Origin: Phycisphaerales bacterium
Lineage (GTDB): Bacteria; Planctomycetota; Phycisphaerae; Phycisphaerales; UBA1924
Assembly (NCBI GenBank): GCA_022843545.1
Contig: JALHNL010000002.1
Location: 47,992 to 111,991, forward strand
DNA length: 64,000 bases
Direction: 5' to 3'
Made by a program: the position numbers and the translations under genes
Shown here: in pieces, positions 55,262-64,000 of the stretch
How positions within the stretch are numbered: position 1 is the stretch's first letter
Layout: every line of letters starts with the position of its first letter
The notes under the pieces: generated by a model
Database searches by the model: none
The model's input: only the letters and a program-made list of their open reading frames with translations
Told to the model about the DNA's origin: nothing

Positions 55262-55681
55262 TCAGCCGTAGCCCAGCTCCTCAAGATCGTCCTCATCCAG
55301 CCCGAAATGGTGCCCGATCTCGTGCAGGAGCGTGATGCGGATCTCCTCGTAGACCTCGCCGTCGGCGTGCTCCTGGTCCCACCCGCCGGCGAACTCCACG
55401 ATCGCCTCGCGGAAGACGTGGATGGTGCCCGGCAACTGGACCGGCCCGTCCACCGAGGCCTCGGTGATCGCCACCCCGCTGTGCAGGCCCATGAGCGCGT
55501 CGTCGGGATCGGCCCCCGGCTCGATCAGCCCGTCGCGCTTCAGTTCGGCCATCATCTTCTCGTCGGGCGTGTCCACCACGATCACGGGCACCTCGGCGAT
55601 GACGTCGTGGGCCGCGGGCGGAAGCGATTCGAGCACATCTTCGAGCAGGCGGTCGAAGCGTTGTTGGAGATCGGGGGACAT
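55262..55681 (-). CDS. Small zinc metallopeptidase-family protein (HExxH)
   Basis: Start ATG 55681 (MSPDLQQRF), with LLHEIGHHFGLDEDDLEELGY at the C-terminus. Confidence 0.7.
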   Translation of the reverse strand: MSPDLQQRFDRLLEDVLESLPPAAHDVIAEVPVIVVDTPDEKMMAELKRDGLIEPGADPDDALMGLHSGVAITEASVDGPVQLPGTIHVFREAIVEFAGGWDQEHADGEVYEEIRITLLHEIGHHFGLDEDDLEELGYG

Positions 55682-55751
55682 CGGGGGAGGGTAGAGGTGT
55701 GAGGCCGAAGGATGAAGGATGAGGGCCAGGTTCGTGTGGGCACTCTGCGAA

Positions 55752-55800
55752 TGCCGGGTGCCTGATGCCGAGTGCCCGATGCTTGTTGCCCGTTGCCCCA
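55752..55800. repeat. Heptamer array TGCCNNN x7
   Basis: Reads tgccggg tgcctga tgccgag tgcccga tgcttgt tgcccgt tgcccca. Nearby, 55706-55724 reads gaaggat gaaggat gagggcc. Confidence 0.85.
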
Positions 55801-55815
55801 CGCCTCACCACTCGC

Positions 55816-56871
55816 TCACTCGCTCTTGGTTCCTCTTCCCACGCCCAGCACCCGGCCCAGCCCAGGCGCGGGGGCCATGACGGCGCGGGCGATACGGGCG
55901 GCGTCAACCGCCGAGCCGATCAGCCCGATGAGCAGGAGGATCGCCCCGATGATCATGAGGCCCATGCCGAAGATGAAGCAGAACTCAGCGAGCAGCCCCC
56001 CCACGAAGAGCGTGAGCAGGGTGATGAGGTCGCCCAGAATGAGCAGGGCCACCGCGGCGCACATCGCGAGCATGGTCTGCCGATCCACCCGTCCGGTGCG
56101 GAGGGCCAGCGACCGCGCGACGAGCAGGCGGGCGTTGGGGCGCAGCCCGATCAGAATCCCCAGCACCAGCCCGAAGGCGGTGAGCCGCCAGATCGTGTGC
56201 TCGACGATCGGGGCCACGCCCACCACCGCGCCGGCGCGGGCGGACTCCGCCGCCAGGTCGCCCAGGTGCAGCACGACGAGCCCGAGCGGGACATAGAGCA
56301 CGACCGCGGCGGCCGCCATCAGGCGATGCCGCAGCGAGATGCCTTCGTGAGGCCGCACGAGCATGACCGCGCCCAGGCCTGAGAGCCAGACGCACGCCGC
56401 CACCGCGCGGGACGAGAGCAGCCACTCGGCGGGCACCAGCCCCAGCGTGCCCGCGCCGGCCCAGTCGCGGGCGACCGACGCGCACACGATGGTCATCGCG
56501 AACAGCGCCCCCACCACCCAGACGATGAGCCCCAGCGCCACGCCCCAGCGTGATCGGATGGGCTGCAGTTCCGCCGCGTGCGGGTCCACCACCGCCAGGA
56601 TCGTCGCCCGCACCGCGGTCCCGCACTCCGGGCACACGCCCAGGATCGACAGGCCCTTGAGGTCATAGCGGCAACTGACGCAGGGCAGAGGGCCGGCCAG
56701 CGACCGCTCGATCAGAGCGGCCATCTTCATGGCCTCAGATGCATCGACCGGGCTGTGGTCATCCCCGACCGGGCCCGGCCCCACGGCGTCCGTCATGCCA
56801 TGACGATATCCGAAGCGGAGCGCCGGCGCACGCCGTAGGGCGGTTGCCCAGGTTCCCACGACCTGGCCCAC
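55816..56871 (-). CDS. Zinc-ribbon membrane protein (paralog family D)
   Basis: Has CVSCRYDLKGLSILGVCPECGT followed by at least 7 hydrophobic helices. The true start is probably internal (M26 or M49/M51). Confidence 0.6.
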   Translation of the reverse strand: MGQVVGTWATALRRAPALRFGYRHGMTDAVGPGPVGDDHSPVDASEAMKMAALIERSLAGPLPCVSCRYDLKGLSILGVCPECGTAVRATILAVVDPHAAELQPIRSRWGVALGLIVWVVGALFAMTIVCASVARDWAGAGTLGLVPAEWLLSSRAVAACVWLSGLGAVMLVRPHEGISLRHRLMAAAAVVLYVPLGLVVLHLGDLAAESARAGAVVGVAPIVEHTIWRLTAFGLVLGILIGLRPNARLLVARSLALRTGRVDRQTMLAMCAAVALLILGDLITLLTLFVGGLLAEFCFIFGMGLMIIGAILLLIGLIGSAVDAARIARAVMAPAPGLGRVLGVGRGTKSE

Positions 56872-56898
56872 GCAGGGCCACCACGCCGTGCGTGATGG

Positions 56899-57552
56899 TC
56901 AGGGCTTCAGCGCGTCTCGCCCGCGCGGAATCTCGAAGCGATCGCGGGTGGTGCAGTACGACGCACCGCCCAGGCGGCCGATGGCGTCGAGCAGGGCCGG
57001 GTCAACGTGGTTGCGTGCATTGACCAGCCCGTCGCGTGCGTGGATGCGCACCACGCGCCCGATCACGATGTTCCCGCCGTCGGGCACGCCGGGAGCCAGG
57101 CGCAACACCTGCATCGTCCGGCACTCAAAGGCGAGGGGGGCCTCGGCGACGCGCGGCGGCTTCACCGCGCTGGACGGCGCGGGGGTCAGGCCGGCGAAAT
57201 CAAACTCGCTCTCGCCGTAGGGCAGGGGCTCCGCCGTGGCGGACATGCGCGTGCCCAGGTCCGCCGAGACCATGTTCACGACGAACTCGCCGGTGCCCGA
57301 GAGCCCGGGCACGCCGACGGACGGGGCGGCGTTCTTGAGGGTGTCCTTGGGCTCGCCATCGCCCTTGTTGGCTGGGCAGAAGAGGAGGGCCATGGGCTCG
57401 GAGCCCACGCCGCTGAAGAAGGAGAACGGGGCGAGATTGAGTCGTCCATCGGGCGAGATGGTGGAGACCCAGGAGATGGGGCGCGGCACGATCGCGCCGA
57501 TCATGAGTTTGTAGCGGTCGGCCTGGCTGATCGACTGCGGGTCAAGATCCAT
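56899..57552 (-). CDS. Flavin reductase-like (FMN-binding split-barrel) protein
   Basis: Start ATG 57552 (MDLDPQSISQADRYKLMIGAIVPRPISWVSTISPDGRLNLAPFSFF). The longer track ORF extends upstream into low-complexity sequence. Confidence 0.7.
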   Translation of the reverse strand: MDLDPQSISQADRYKLMIGAIVPRPISWVSTISPDGRLNLAPFSFFSGVGSEPMALLFCPANKGDGEPKDTLKNAAPSVGVPGLSGTGEFVVNMVSADLGTRMSATAEPLPYGESEFDFAGLTPAPSSAVKPPRVAEAPLAFECRTMQVLRLAPGVPDGGNIVIGRVVRIHARDGLVNARNHVDPALLDAIGRLGGASYCTTRDRFEIPRGRDALKP

Positions 57553-57619
57553 GGGAGATGGGTAGCCCGCCCGCACGGGCCCCAGCGGCGCGGATGCCGG
57601 GGGCGTCCTACACCTCTGC

Positions 57620-58432
57620 ATGCCTAAACAGCCCGCCGAACTGCCCGATGTCACCTGGGCCGCGCTGCTTGCGAAGTGGACCACGCTCGCCAAGGCCTCG
57701 GCGGCGCTGCCGCGTACGCCCTCGGGCGAACGCTGGCGGGCGGCCGTGCCCGCGGTGATCTCGCTGCAGGCGGTGACGCTGGCGCTGCGCGACTTGTCCG
57801 CGCTGTCGGGCGATGAGCGGGCGCTGGCGCAGACCAAGGCCGGCGTGCTGATCCGCAAGGACGCGGGCACGCTCAACGGTCTGTGGCGGGGCGAGCCGAT
57901 GCCCGAGGAAGTGGATCTGCTGATCACCGACGCACGCGAGGCCCTGCGGATCGCGGGCGAGTCGGGCGTGGAGTGGCTGGTGGGTTCGGAGGCTCTGGAC
58001 GCGCCGGAGTGGGGCCCGGTGATGGACGCGCTGGGCGACCCGGGGGCGCTGGGGCTGGTCATGCTGCCCGCGCCCGGGGAGACGCTCTTGCCCGGCACGC
58101 CCATGATTTTCGTGCGCGGGCGGTTCGGCGGAGGCCCGGGCGCGGAGGCTCAGGCCCGGGTGAGCGCGGCTCTGGGCGGGCTCGCCTTCGCCGAAGCCAG
58201 CGGGCCGCGGCAGGTGTACCGCCAGAACAACCCCGAGACGGGCGGCGTGGCGCGTGATGTGGTCGCGCCGATGGCCACGGTGATCGTCGCGGGCCGGCCT
58301 CTGTTGCATGAAGCGCTGGTTGACGGGGTAGCGCGGGAAACGCCCGCCCGGGCCAAGTCGCGCCGGGCCCAGTTGGCGACCGTGGGGACGTGGCGGGTGG
58401 TGGTGCAGAACGCGCCGGAGGAAGGGCGATGA
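57620..58432 (+). CDS. Hypothetical protein
   Basis: 270-aa ORF with good GC3 bias. Its stop overlaps the start of the next gene (ATGA). No family recognised. Confidence 0.5.
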   Translation: MPKQPAELPDVTWAALLAKWTTLAKASAALPRTPSGERWRAAVPAVISLQAVTLALRDLSALSGDERALAQTKAGVLIRKDAGTLNGLWRGEPMPEEVDLLITDAREALRIAGESGVEWLVGSEALDAPEWGPVMDALGDPGALGLVMLPAPGETLLPGTPMIFVRGRFGGGPGAEAQARVSAALGGLAFAEASGPRQVYRQNNPETGGVARDVVAPMATVIVAGRPLLHEALVDGVARETPARAKSRRAQLATVGTWRVVVQNAPEEGR

Positions 58433-58929
58433 ACGTGGAACGACTGGTGCCCGACGATGCCCCGCTGTTCGTCGCACTGCGGCGCGAGATGCTGCTGGAC
58501 ACCCCCCACGCCTTCGGGGCCGACCCCGCCACCGACCGCGGCAGCGACGAGGCCAACGTGCGGGCCCAGCTTGGCCGCGACGGCTACGCGATCTTCGCGG
58601 TGCGTGAGGGCGGGCGGCTGGTCGCCAGCGCGGGGCTGAAGCGCGAGGAGTCGCCCAAGGCGGCGCACCTCGCGGTCATCTGGGGCGTGTACGTCACCCC
58701 GTCGCGCCGCAAGAAGGGCCTTGCCCGCGCGGTCGTGAACGCGGCGATCCGGCATGCCCACACGTGGCCCGACCTGCTCAGCCTGCGTCTGAGCGTGAAC
58801 GCCGCCTCGCCTCACGCTCAGGGGCTGTACGAGAGCCTCGGATTCCGCGTGTATGGCAAAGACCCCGGCGCTCTTCGCGTCGCCGGGGTCTTGTATGACG
58901 AAGTCATGATGTACCGACCGATGACCTGA
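58429..58929 (+). CDS. GNAT-family N-acetyltransferase
   Basis: Has VIWGVYVTPSRRKKGLARAVVNAAI (Q/RxxGxG/A-like acetyl-CoA site) and LYESLGFRVYG. Confidence 0.75.
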   Translation: MNVERLVPDDAPLFVALRREMLLDTPHAFGADPATDRGSDEANVRAQLGRDGYAIFAVREGGRLVASAGLKREESPKAAHLAVIWGVYVTPSRRKKGLARAVVNAAIRHAHTWPDLLSLRLSVNAASPHAQGLYESLGFRVYGKDPGALRVAGVLYDEVMMYRPMT

Positions 58930-58932
58930 AGA

Positions 58933-59646
58933 TCAGGCCCGGCGCCGGCGCGACGCCAGCAGACCGCCCAGGCCCAGCAGCGCCGCGGCGCCCGGCGAGG
59001 GCACGAAGCCCTCGTCATCCGGCTCGTCGAGGGCGGTGCCATACTGGACCTTCACCGCCACGATCCGAGACAGGCTGAAGCCGCTGGGCAACCCGCCGAG
59101 GGTGAACGTGACGGAGTTCTTGATGAGCGGCGTCATGATGCCGCCGTTGCCCGTCGCGGGGTTGTCTCCCGCGGTGGTGATGCCGTACTCGAGGCCGTTC
59201 ACGTTGGTGGGCGGATGAAGGTCATTGCCCGGGAAGCGGTCGCCAGGGCCGAAGACGCCCAAGCCGGCGGAACTGATGCCGTGGTTCATGCCCTTGACAC
59301 TGAGGGCGCCCTTGTAGGCCCATTCGCCGCCGACCACGTTGCCGGGATCAACCCCGCCGCCGAGGGTGACCGACGAACCGGCGGTCAGGACGGCCGAAGT
59401 GCGCGACAGCGTCACGCCCGGGCCGTCGATCATGAAGAACACGCCCGTGATCACGTCGATCGGCACCATGGCGTCGATCGTGGAGGTGTTCGTGAGAACC
59501 ACCTTCAGCGATGACCCCGTGATGTCAAAGGACACCGACGCGGCGCGGCCGTTGGTTCCGGTGCTGTTGAAGACAAGGGGGGTCGCGAGGGCCGGGGTGG
59601 CCGAAGCGGCGACGATCAGACAAGCGATGGCTGCACGGACAGTCAT
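58933..59646 (-). CDS. PEP-CTERM sorting-domain protein
   Basis: Start ATG 59646 after GAGGAGGAGAGG. Signal peptide MTVRAAIACLIVAASATPALA. The C-terminus reads VPSPGAAALLGLGGLLASRRRRA. Confidence 0.8.
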   Translation of the reverse strand: MTVRAAIACLIVAASATPALATPLVFNSTGTNGRAASVSFDITGSSLKVVLTNTSTIDAMVPIDVITGVFFMIDGPGVTLSRTSAVLTAGSSVTLGGGVDPGNVVGGEWAYKGALSVKGMNHGISSAGLGVFGPGDRFPGNDLHPPTNVNGLEYGITTAGDNPATGNGGIMTPLIKNSVTFTLGGLPSGFSLSRIVAVKVQYGTALDEPDDEGFVPSPGAAALLGLGGLLASRRRRA

Positions 59647-59908
59647 TCCTCTCCTCCTCAAGTTGGTCGCTTGGTCGATGCCGCTCGGTACTCGCAGAGT
59701 GGGCGAGTCTGGAGAGAGAGGCGTGAACCAGCGATGGATCATTCCGGACGGGAATCTCGACATTGTCAAAGGTAATCCACAGACCCCGGAACAACCACAG
59801 GAGAAGCATAGAAAACTGTGAAATCCCACGGGTTGGGGTGCAAGATTTATCGAACCAACTTGCAGCAATCCCCCATCTTACCAGCCATCGCCCTTACCGG
59901 ACCGTAAC

Positions 59909-60658
59909 TCACCGCCCGCGCCGGCGGGAGGTGAGCACCAAGCCCCCCAGCAGGGCCAGCGCCCCCGCCCCTGGGGTGGGCACCAGCATGGTGATCTGAT
60001 CCTGCACGCCCTCGGCCCGCAGCAGCACGAGCGACACCTGAGGGCCGGGCAGGTCGACCTGATCGAGCATGGTCTGGGCCAGCGAGTTGATGGCGTTGTT
60101 CAGCCCGGTGTTCATGCGCGAGGTGTTGTCGAAGAGGTTCAGCGCGCCCGACTTGGACTCAAAGGCGATCTTCCACTGCGCGACCTGGAAGGCCGCGGCG
60201 TACGTCTGGTCGGTCCAGACCTTGGACATGTCCACCCCGGCCCACAGCCGCTCCAGCCGCTGAGTGCGCAGCCCATCGAAGGTGGTGATGCCCGTGGTGG
60301 CGGCGCTGGTGGTTGACGCGCCCAGCAGCGGGATGACGTCGAAGAGGTACTTGGTGCCTCCCGCGCCGTTGACGCTCACGCCGATGTTCTCGCTCACCTC
60401 GACACAGAACGACAGGAACGTGCTGTCGATGCCGGCGAACTCGCCGGGGCCGATGGGCATGTCCTGGCGCATGCCCTTGATGGACACGGCCGGCACGCTC
60501 AGGGTGATGAGCGACGAGGAGCCCGCGGGCAGGAACGAGAACGACGTGTTGTTGCCCGGGTTCCAGGGGATGCTGAACTTCGCGGAGATGGTGTCGCCCA
60601 TCGCGGCGGAACCGGCAGCGAGCGAAAGAGCGGCGGCGAGGGCGATGCGGGTCTTCAC
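59909..60658 (-). CDS. PEP-CTERM sorting-domain protein
   Basis: Likely GTG 60658 after AGGAGA (VKTRIALAAALSLAAGSAAMG signal). The C-terminus reads VPTPGAGALALLGGLVLTSRRRGR. Confidence 0.75.
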   Translation of the reverse strand: MKTRIALAAALSLAAGSAAMGDTISAKFSIPWNPGNNTSFSFLPAGSSSLITLSVPAVSIKGMRQDMPIGPGEFAGIDSTFLSFCVEVSENIGVSVNGAGGTKYLFDVIPLLGASTTSAATTGITTFDGLRTQRLERLWAGVDMSKVWTDQTYAAAFQVAQWKIAFESKSGALNLFDNTSRMNTGLNNAINSLAQTMLDQVDLPGPQVSLVLLRAEGVQDQITMLVPTPGAGALALLGGLVLTSRRRGR

Positions 60659-60792
60659 GGTGCGTCTCCTGAGTTGGGCGGGCGTCGAATCGCCCGCTGG
60701 AGACACCGTGCGATTCAAAGCCGCGACGCACCCAGGGCGTTGGGCCGCGGGTTGAGTTCCAGGACCTCAGGATCGTGCGGGATCGCCCGGAT

Positions 60793-61452
60793 TCACACGC
60801 TTCGCAGGGCCGAGGCGATCAGCCGGGCCGCCGCGCCGCGGTGAGAGCGGGCGTTCTTCTCGGACTCGGCGAGTTCCGCGCCGGTGCGGACGAAATCGGG
60901 GGCGACGAGGAAGAGCGGGTCGTAGCCGAAGCCATGCGATCCGCGGGGCACCTGGCCGGGAAGACCGATCCGCCCCTCAAACTCGCCGCGGCGCTGAAGA
61001 ACCACGCGCCCCTCGGGATCGGCGATGGACATGACGCACACGAATCGGGCGGCGCGGCGCTCGGGGGGCACGCCCTGGAGCTCGCGGAGCACTCGGGCGT
61101 TGTTGGCCGCGTCGCGCTCGGCCCGCGCGGCTCCGGTCTCACGCCCGTCGGTGCTGTAGTGCGAACTGATCACGCCGGGGCGGCCGCCCAGCGCGTCGAT
61201 CTCCAGCCCGGAGTCGTCGGCGAGGCACCACATGCCGGTGCGGCGTGCGTACCACGCGGCCTTGAGCGCGCTGTTGGCCTCGAAGGTGTCGCCCGTCTCG
61301 GCGGGCTCGGGGATCGGCCCGCCGGCGGTCAGGTCAGCCAGCCCGATGATGGGGATTCTGAGATCGGCGAAGATCGCCCGCATCTCCTGCACCTTGTGCG
61401 GGTTGCCCGTGGCCAGCGCGAGCGTGGTGCCCGGGGGAAGCGGCGAGTTCAC
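60793..61452 (-). CDS. rdgB: Non-canonical purine NTP pyrophosphatase (RdgB/HAM1 family)
   Basis: Has LATGNPHKVQEMRAIF, GRPGVISSHY and GSHGFGYDPLF. The GTG start overlaps the kinase stop (GTGA). Confidence 0.85.
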   Translation of the reverse strand: MNSPLPPGTTLALATGNPHKVQEMRAIFADLRIPIIGLADLTAGGPIPEPAETGDTFEANSALKAAWYARRTGMWCLADDSGLEIDALGGRPGVISSHYSTDGRETGAARAERDAANNARVLRELQGVPPERRAARFVCVMSIADPEGRVVLQRRGEFEGRIGLPGQVPRGSHGFGYDPLFLVAPDFVRTGAELAESEKNARSHRGAAARLIASALRSV

Positions 61453-63155
61453 GACAAGCCCCTCTGATCGCGCGGCTCGGCCGACGCGGCGGCCGGCGTC
61501 GCGGCGGGCCTGCCCGGGCCGGGCTCGATCGCGATCGGCAGCAGCACGCTGAACATCGCGCCGCGGTTGAGGTCCGAGTCCACCATGATCTCCCCTTGCA
61601 GCAGCGTGGTGAGCTGCTTGCAGATGTACAGCCCAAGCCCCGTGCCGGCGTGGCGGCGGGTGATCCCGCTGTCGAGCTGCGTGAACTTCTCGAAGATGCG
61701 CTTGTGGTCCTCGGGCGCGATGCCCGGGCCCGTGTCCAGGACGCTGATGCGGACGCGCTCGGCATCCGCGGAGCCGGGGCGCAGGTGCTCAACCCGCAGC
61801 GTCACCAGCGCGGAGCGGGCCTGGGCGCCGGGAGACACGTTGTCCAGCGCGGCCTGCGCCATGGCCGCCGCGCGGGCCGCATCGGCGGCGTCGGCGGTGA
61901 ACTTCACCGCGTTGGAGAGCAGGTTGAAGAGGATCTGTTTGAGCTTGTCGGGGTCGGTGAAGATCGTCGGCAGTTCCGCCGGAGCCTCCAGGCGGATCTC
62001 CACCGAGCGCTTGTCGGCCATCGGCTTCATCAGCGCGGCCTGAAGCTCGGCGAGGGCCCGCAGGTCGGTGGGCTTGACCTTCAGTTCCGAGCGCCCCGCC
62101 TCCATCTTGGCCATTTCGAGCAGGTTGTTGATGAGTTCCAGCAGCCGCTTGCCCTCGGACAGGATGTTCTCGACATAGCGGCGGCGCTTGGTGAGGCGGA
62201 CGGCGTCGTAGTCGGTGCCTTCGTCCTTCTGCACCTGCTCTTCGAGCAGTTCGGCGAAGCCCAGCACGCTGTTCATGGGCGTGCGCAGCTCGTGGGTGAC
62301 GCTCGCGAGGAACTCGTCCTTGATGCGAGAGGCCTCGTACAGCGCGATGTTGCGCTCCGCCAGTTCGTTCACCTGCTCGTCCAGCGAGGTGTTGATGCGC
62401 CGCAACTGGTCCTGGCTGTCGGCCAGACCCTGCACCATGTGGTTGAAGGTCTCGGCGAGCTCCTCGAACTCGTCGCCGGTGGCGATGTCGGACCGGATCG
62501 CCAGGTCGCCCTGCTGCACCGACTCGGCGGTCTCGCGCAGGGCGCGCACGGGCGAGAGGATGATCCGGCTGGTGATGAGGTAGAAGACCAGCACGGCGAG
62601 GCCCAGAGCCACGAAGCCCGCGCTGAAGAGATAGATCGTGTTGCGCCACACGCTCCAGGCGGCGTCGGAACTGGCCCGGCGGAGCAGGATCACGCCCTCC
62701 AGCGCGCCCGTCTCGTCGCGCACGGCCCGGGCGAACTCGTACTCGCGCTGCGTGAATGACCACGACGCCCTCGCGTGCTCGCCCGCGTCGGGGTCGCGCT
62801 CAAACTTCGCCCATGCCTCGGCCAGGAAGCGGTCCTGCGCCGCCCGTTCCCGCACCTCGTCGGTCATCATCACGTTCAGCATCGCCCCGCCGGGGAGGGC
62901 CCGCTGCTCCGGGCGCAGGGGCGTGGTGGTGGTCGGGGGCGGCGAGTCCGGGGCGGGTGGCGTGGCGGCGGGCGGTGCGCGCCGGGCCATGCGATCAAAG
63001 ACCCCCACCATCTGGCGAGAGATCGCCACCTCGGCGTCGTCCACCATCGCGTTCATGCGCAGCCAAGGCACCGCCAGCGCGGCGATGATGATGAGCACGA
63101 CCGCCAGGCCGAACAGGATCAGGCACTTGTTGGCCAGCGAGATCCGCCCCAGCAT
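61449..63155 (-). CDS. Sensor histidine kinase (TM - periplasmic-like - TM - HAMP - HisKA - HATPase_c)
   Basis: Has FLASVTHELRTPMNSVLGFAELL (H-box), LLSNAVKFT (N-box), and DTGPGI with GTGLGLYICK (G-boxes). No response regulator lies adjacent. Confidence 0.85.
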   Translation of the reverse strand: MLGRISLANKCLILFGLAVVLIIIAALAVPWLRMNAMVDDAEVAISRQMVGVFDRMARRAPPAATPPAPDSPPPTTTTPLRPEQRALPGGAMLNVMMTDEVRERAAQDRFLAEAWAKFERDPDAGEHARASWSFTQREYEFARAVRDETGALEGVILLRRASSDAAWSVWRNTIYLFSAGFVALGLAVLVFYLITSRIILSPVRALRETAESVQQGDLAIRSDIATGDEFEELAETFNHMVQGLADSQDQLRRINTSLDEQVNELAERNIALYEASRIKDEFLASVTHELRTPMNSVLGFAELLEEQVQKDEGTDYDAVRLTKRRRYVENILSEGKRLLELINNLLEMAKMEAGRSELKVKPTDLRALAELQAALMKPMADKRSVEIRLEAPAELPTIFTDPDKLKQILFNLLSNAVKFTADAADAARAAAMAQAALDNVSPGAQARSALVTLRVEHLRPGSADAERVRISVLDTGPGIAPEDHKRIFEKFTQLDSGITRRHAGTGLGLYICKQLTTLLQGEIMVDSDLNRGAMFSVLLPIAIEPGPGRPAATPAAASAEPRDQRGLS

Positions 63156-63194
63156 GGGGGCAGTCTAGCGGACATCCGGGATACACCGCGCGGC

Positions 63195-64000
63195 TCAGGC
63201 GGGCAGGGCGGCCAGATCGTCGGCGACCTGCTTCCAGGTGCGCTCGATCTTGGACGGGGAGAAGTCAAAGTCCAGCCCCGCGGCTCGGAAGAGCTCGGGC
63301 AGCGGACGCGAGCCGCCCAGGGTGAGGGCCTTCTTGTAGTCGCGGATGGCGGCGGCGCGATCGCGCTTGTAGTTGCCGTAAAGCTGGATCGCGCCGAGCT
63401 GCGCGATGCCGTACTCGATGTAGTAGAACGCGCTGGTGTACAGGTGGCCCTGGCGCTGCCACATGGCGTCGCGGGCGTTCTCGATCCCCGAGAAGTCGAC
63501 GCCGGGGTAGAAGCGGTCCATCAGCGAGTTCCACGCGCGGGTGCGCTCGTCGGCGGTGTGACCGGGGTTGAGGTACACCCAGTGCTGGAACTGGTCGATG
63601 GTGGCGATCCACGGCAGGATGCTGGCGATGCCCTCCAGGTGCTTGCGCTTGGCGCGCTGGGCCTGCTCGGGGGTGTAGAACTCGTCCAGGAACGGGTGCG
63701 ACGTGAGTTCCATCGACATCGAGGCCACCTCGCAGAACTCGATGGGCACCTCGCTGCGGTAGGCCAGCAGGTTCTCCGCCCGGCACAAAAGCGAGTGGAA
63801 GGCGTGCCCCGCCTCGTGCACCATCGTCTCCACGTCGCGCTGCAGGCCGGCGGCGTTCATGAAGATGAAGGGCATGCGCTGGCGGTCACGCGTGGCCTGG
63901 TAGCCGCCCGGGGCCTTGCCCTTGCGCGAGTCCAGATCAAGGCACCCGCCGGAACGCATGCTCTTGAAGAGTTCGCCCAGCGACGGGTCCATGCGCTCAA
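63195..64000 (-). CDS. M3-family oligoendopeptidase (PepF-like), C-terminal part; 5' end outside window
   Basis: Has MVHEAGHAFH (HExxH) with a downstream EVASMSMEL. The reading frame stays open to the window edge. Confidence 0.8.
   Translation of the reverse strand, partial: ERMDPSLGELFKSMRSGGCLDLDSRKGKAPGGYQATRDRQRMPFIFMNAAGLQRDVETMVHEAGHAFHSLLCRAENLLAYRSEVPIEFCEVASMSMELTSHPFLDEFYTPEQAQRAKRKHLEGIASILPWIATIDQFQHWVYLNPGHTADERTRAWNSLMDRFYPGVDFSGIENARDAMWQRQGHLYTSAFYYIEYGIAQLGAIQLYGNYKRDRAAAIRDYKKALTLGGSRPLPELFRAAGLDFDFSPSKIERTWKQVADDLAALPA

Noticed and set aside
57620-58929. Hypothetical protein plus GNAT gene with ATGA overlap as a GNAT-type toxin-antitoxin pair
   Set aside because: The upstream protein is 270 aa and has no RHH or DUF1778-like antitoxin features. 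The arrangement is compatible with ordinary translational coupling.

Overview
High-GC (roughly 68-70% by eye) bacterial chromosomal segment. It most resembles a Planctomycetota or Phycisphaerae-like genome. That placement is an inference from PEP-CTERM proteins, an LExRxLLA-type N-terminus, Lys/Ala/Pro-rich ribosomal-protein tails and many genes without a clear Shine-Dalgarno. The backbone is housekeeping. A complete S10-spc-alpha ribosomal superoperon lies on the minus strand (rpsJ 45885 down to rpoA 30533, 28 genes). Also present are efp, aroK, gltA, rpsU, a very large membrane pyrophosphatase (hppA), an isolated nuoD, sppA, rdgB, a histidine kinase, glycosyltransferases, peptidases and two PEP-CTERM proteins. 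No rRNA, tRNA, CRISPR array, transposase or integrase was seen. Two things stand out. (1) A minus-strand operon (11052 down to 3761, possibly extending to 1494) encodes a truncated SecA-like ATPase. Its start is translationally coupled to an M50 intramembrane protease that carries a PqqD/RRE-like N-terminal module and a HlyD-like C-terminal module. The operon also has a GAF-HlyD fusion and a third HlyD-type adaptor, but no ABC, RND or MFS pump and no outer-membrane channel. I read it as a candidate non-canonical peptide or protein processing and export apparatus. (2) Intergenic spacers throughout the window are filled with short tandem arrays of 7- or 8-nt period. Some sit directly after stop codons in sense orientation and place TGA in all three frames. 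Others recur upstream of start codons. Further oddities: four paralogous zinc-ribbon membrane proteins (one frameshifted); a 335-nt GNRA-rich spacer splitting rplC from rplD; an HTH-like extension on L22; and an EF-P without Lys or Arg at the modification site. All calls come from reading the sequence and ORF track by eye. No database searches were run.
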